Virus record (IMG/VR): IMGVR_UViG_3300029467_000015
Location: 1,016 to 25,873 of that record
DNA from: a virus
Length of the DNA stretch: 24,858 bases
Strand: one strand, 5' to 3'
Part shown: positions 23,520 through 24,858 of the stretch, piece after piece
Layout of the letters: each line of letters begins with the position of its first letter
Numbering within the stretch: the stretch's first letter is position 1
The notes under the pieces: model-generated
The model's database searches: none
Told to the model about the DNA's origin: nothing
The model's input: only the letters and a program-made list of their open reading frames with translations
Translations under genes and position numbers: made by a program

Positions 23520-24392
23520 GAAATCACCAACACCAAAAACTTGACGGCGGAACAGATTGTCCGGGCACTCAATTCTAAAGGCTATCTCTACTATGGCGAA
23601 TCTGCCCGCGTCTGGAACGGCAACACGCAATCCCGAATCTACTTTGGCCGTGATTTTGTTACTATCCTCCCGGACGGAACCATCACCAACGACAAAAGCG
23701 GCAAGCGGACACTCACCATTGGAGACGAAGCCGTCGAAGCCATCCGAGACATTGTAACCCCTTCCGCCTCTGCGGAAGAGCCGCAGGAAAAACCTGCCGG
23801 AGAATCAGCCACCATCAACACCACAACAACCCGCGGAACGGAAGTAGCAATCACTCTCACGGCAGATACAATCACCGCTGAACTCACAATTCCTCCTTTT
23901 GGCAAATTCACCACGGAAGCGGACATTGCACCCCTGAAGGGGCAATTTGCCCTGCGCGGCAAGGTTCCGACCGGGGAAAACTTGTTTATCACCGTTGCAG
24001 AAGACGTCATCACGGACATCATTGCCAAACGTCAGCAGCTTTTCCAAAAACAAGAAGAAAGGCTTTTCCCCGGAATTTCTGAACTCCGGGAAATAACCGC
24101 GCGTTGGAACAAGGCATGGGATAAAAACCGCCGGGCATGGGACAACATCGAAAACAACCCTGCGTATAGCCCCATCAACACCGCAGCCATTGAATCCGAG
24201 TTAAACGCCGCCCGCGCCAAATACCCCCGCGCCGCACTGGCCCTAAACGCAACAAGCTATACCCTGGCGAGCCATCACAGCAAAATAGCCGCAGGAAAAA
24301 AAGCCCTGGAACTCTTGAAAAATGGCGGAAGCTTGGAAGAAGCTCAATCAATTCTTGACAACTGGCTCCCTCAAGAGGCCATGTGGGACTAA
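23517..24392 (+). CDS. Hypothetical early protein (291 aa)
   Basis: ATG ORF directly downstream of cassette copy 1. No family recognised. The C-terminal part is helical (WNKAWDKNRRAWDNIENN...). Confidence 0.65.
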   Translation: MEITNTKNLTAEQIVRALNSKGYLYYGESARVWNGNTQSRIYFGRDFVTILPDGTITNDKSGKRTLTIGDEAVEAIRDIVTPSASAEEPQEKPAGESATINTTTTRGTEVAITLTADTITAELTIPPFGKFTTEADIAPLKGQFALRGKVPTGENLFITVAEDVITDIIAKRQQLFQKQEERLFPGISELREITARWNKAWDKNRRAWDNIENNPAYSPINTAAIESELNAARAKYPRAALALNATSYTLASHHSKIAAGKKALELLKNGGSLEEAQSILDNWLPQEAMWD

Positions 24393-24407
24393 ACAGAAAA
24401 CAAAATC

Positions 24408-24641
24408 ATGACTATCCAAGAATTCCTCGACTGGATTTACAAGACCTATGAATTAAAAAATCCTTATGATGCGGTAAAAAAGGCTATGGAGCTTTTAAAG
24501 GTTACGGAAATGAGTATCTATCATTGGAAAAATGGAAAAAGGAAGCTACAGCCTTATATGCAGCAGTTAATCGCTGTGACGATTGAAAACCATGATTTGA
24601 AAAAAAGTTGTCGGGAAAGTAATTTTCTCTTGCGTCACTAA
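24408..24641 (+). CDS. Small Cro/CI-type HTH regulator candidate (77 aa)
   Basis: KVTEMSIYHWKNGKRKLQPYMQQLIAV resembles the recognition part of XRE/Cro HTH proteins. Its TAA stop (24639-24641) lies inside the operator of cassette copy 2. Confidence 0.55.
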   Translation: MTIQEFLDWIYKTYELKNPYDAVKKAMELLKVTEMSIYHWKNGKRKLQPYMQQLIAVTIENHDLKKSCRESNFLLRH

Positions 24642-24721
24642 ACATTGTTTAGTATATTGGTCTTGTTGACGGAAGGTAAGGATCCGGAAACAGAACAACA
24701 AACTGAAAGAACAAAACAATG
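24622..24721 (+). repeat. Promoter-operator-leader cassette, copy 2
   Basis: See copy 1. It ends at the ATG of a short ORF. Confidence 0.8.
24630..24658 (+). promoter_or_regulatory. Early promoter copy 2 with the same operator
   Basis: TTGCGT (24630-24635), a 17-nt spacer, then TATATT (24653-24658). The identical dyad CTAAACATTGTTTAG is at 24638-24652. Confidence 0.6.
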
Positions 24722-24817
24722 AATCAATACACCTACATCACCACCGCTTACGGACCAGCTAAAAATCACGCCCCTGCTTGCTCAAATAATGCACACAGGG
24801 ACGTGACCCGGTTTTGA
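24719..24817 (+). CDS. Possible 32-aa ORF behind cassette copy 2
   Basis: An ATG sits at the same position relative to the leader as the 23517 ATG. It reads MNQYTYITTAYGPAKNHAPACSNNAHRDVTRF-stop. It is short and otherwise unsupported. Confidence 0.2.
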   Translation: MNQYTYITTAYGPAKNHAPACSNNAHRDVTRF

Positions 24818-24858
24818 CCACGTCGCCAGTCCTTGCCAGGTAATCCAGCCTGTGGGAC

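Noticed and set aside
1-24858. CRISPR arrays, rRNA genes, IS elements or transposases.
   Set aside because: No regularly spaced direct repeats, rRNA-like sequence or transposase/integrase-like ORFs were seen anywhere in the window.

Overview
The window has three parts.

(1) Left flank, 1-2510. It holds an AT-rich gene for a signal-peptide protein and a multiply frameshifted flavodoxin-like NAD(P)H oxidoreductase pseudogene. It also has about 1 kb of dyad-rich, poorly coding DNA.

(2) A tightly packed minus-strand late operon of a tailed prophage, about 20.7 kb, read from 23207 down to 2512. Gene order is TerS, TerL, portal, Mu-gpI-like protease/scaffold, decoration-like protein and lambda-E-like capsid. 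These are followed by five or six neck-sized genes, a tube-like protein, and a collagen-repeat fibre with a BACON-like C-terminus. Next comes a lysis cassette (two membrane proteins plus an Amidase_3 endolysin) and a tail protein with a BACON-like domain. The operon ends with a small chaperone-like gene, a tape-measure-like coiled-coil protein, a GYF-domain membrane protein, a 716-aa tail protein and a terminal GT-A glycosyltransferase-like gene.

(3) A divergent plus-strand early/regulatory region from 23431 to the window end. It is driven by a duplicated promoter-operator-leader cassette and includes a 77-aa Cro-like HTH gene.

No rRNA, tRNA, CRISPR array, integrase or transposase was seen. 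The host cannot be named from sequence alone. About 58% GC, weak SD usage and BACON-like domains fit a gut Verrucomicrobia/Bacteroidota-type host, but that is speculation.

The main finding concerns start codons. Several indispensable late genes (endolysin, TerL, capsid, tube-like, probably portal) have conserved-looking N-terminal coding sequence upstream of any ATG/GTG/TTG. In each case, and also in the fibre and 716-aa genes, an in-frame AGG sits exactly where the initiator is expected. Seventeen neighbouring genes in the same operon use ATG.

Secondary findings:
- An attenuator-like leader with a terminator directly in front of terS.
- An AT-rich promoter-like island between terL and the portal gene.
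- A low-GC module carrying a GYF membrane protein with a 78-bp tandem duplication.
- A cluster of dyad symmetries at the distal end of the operon.
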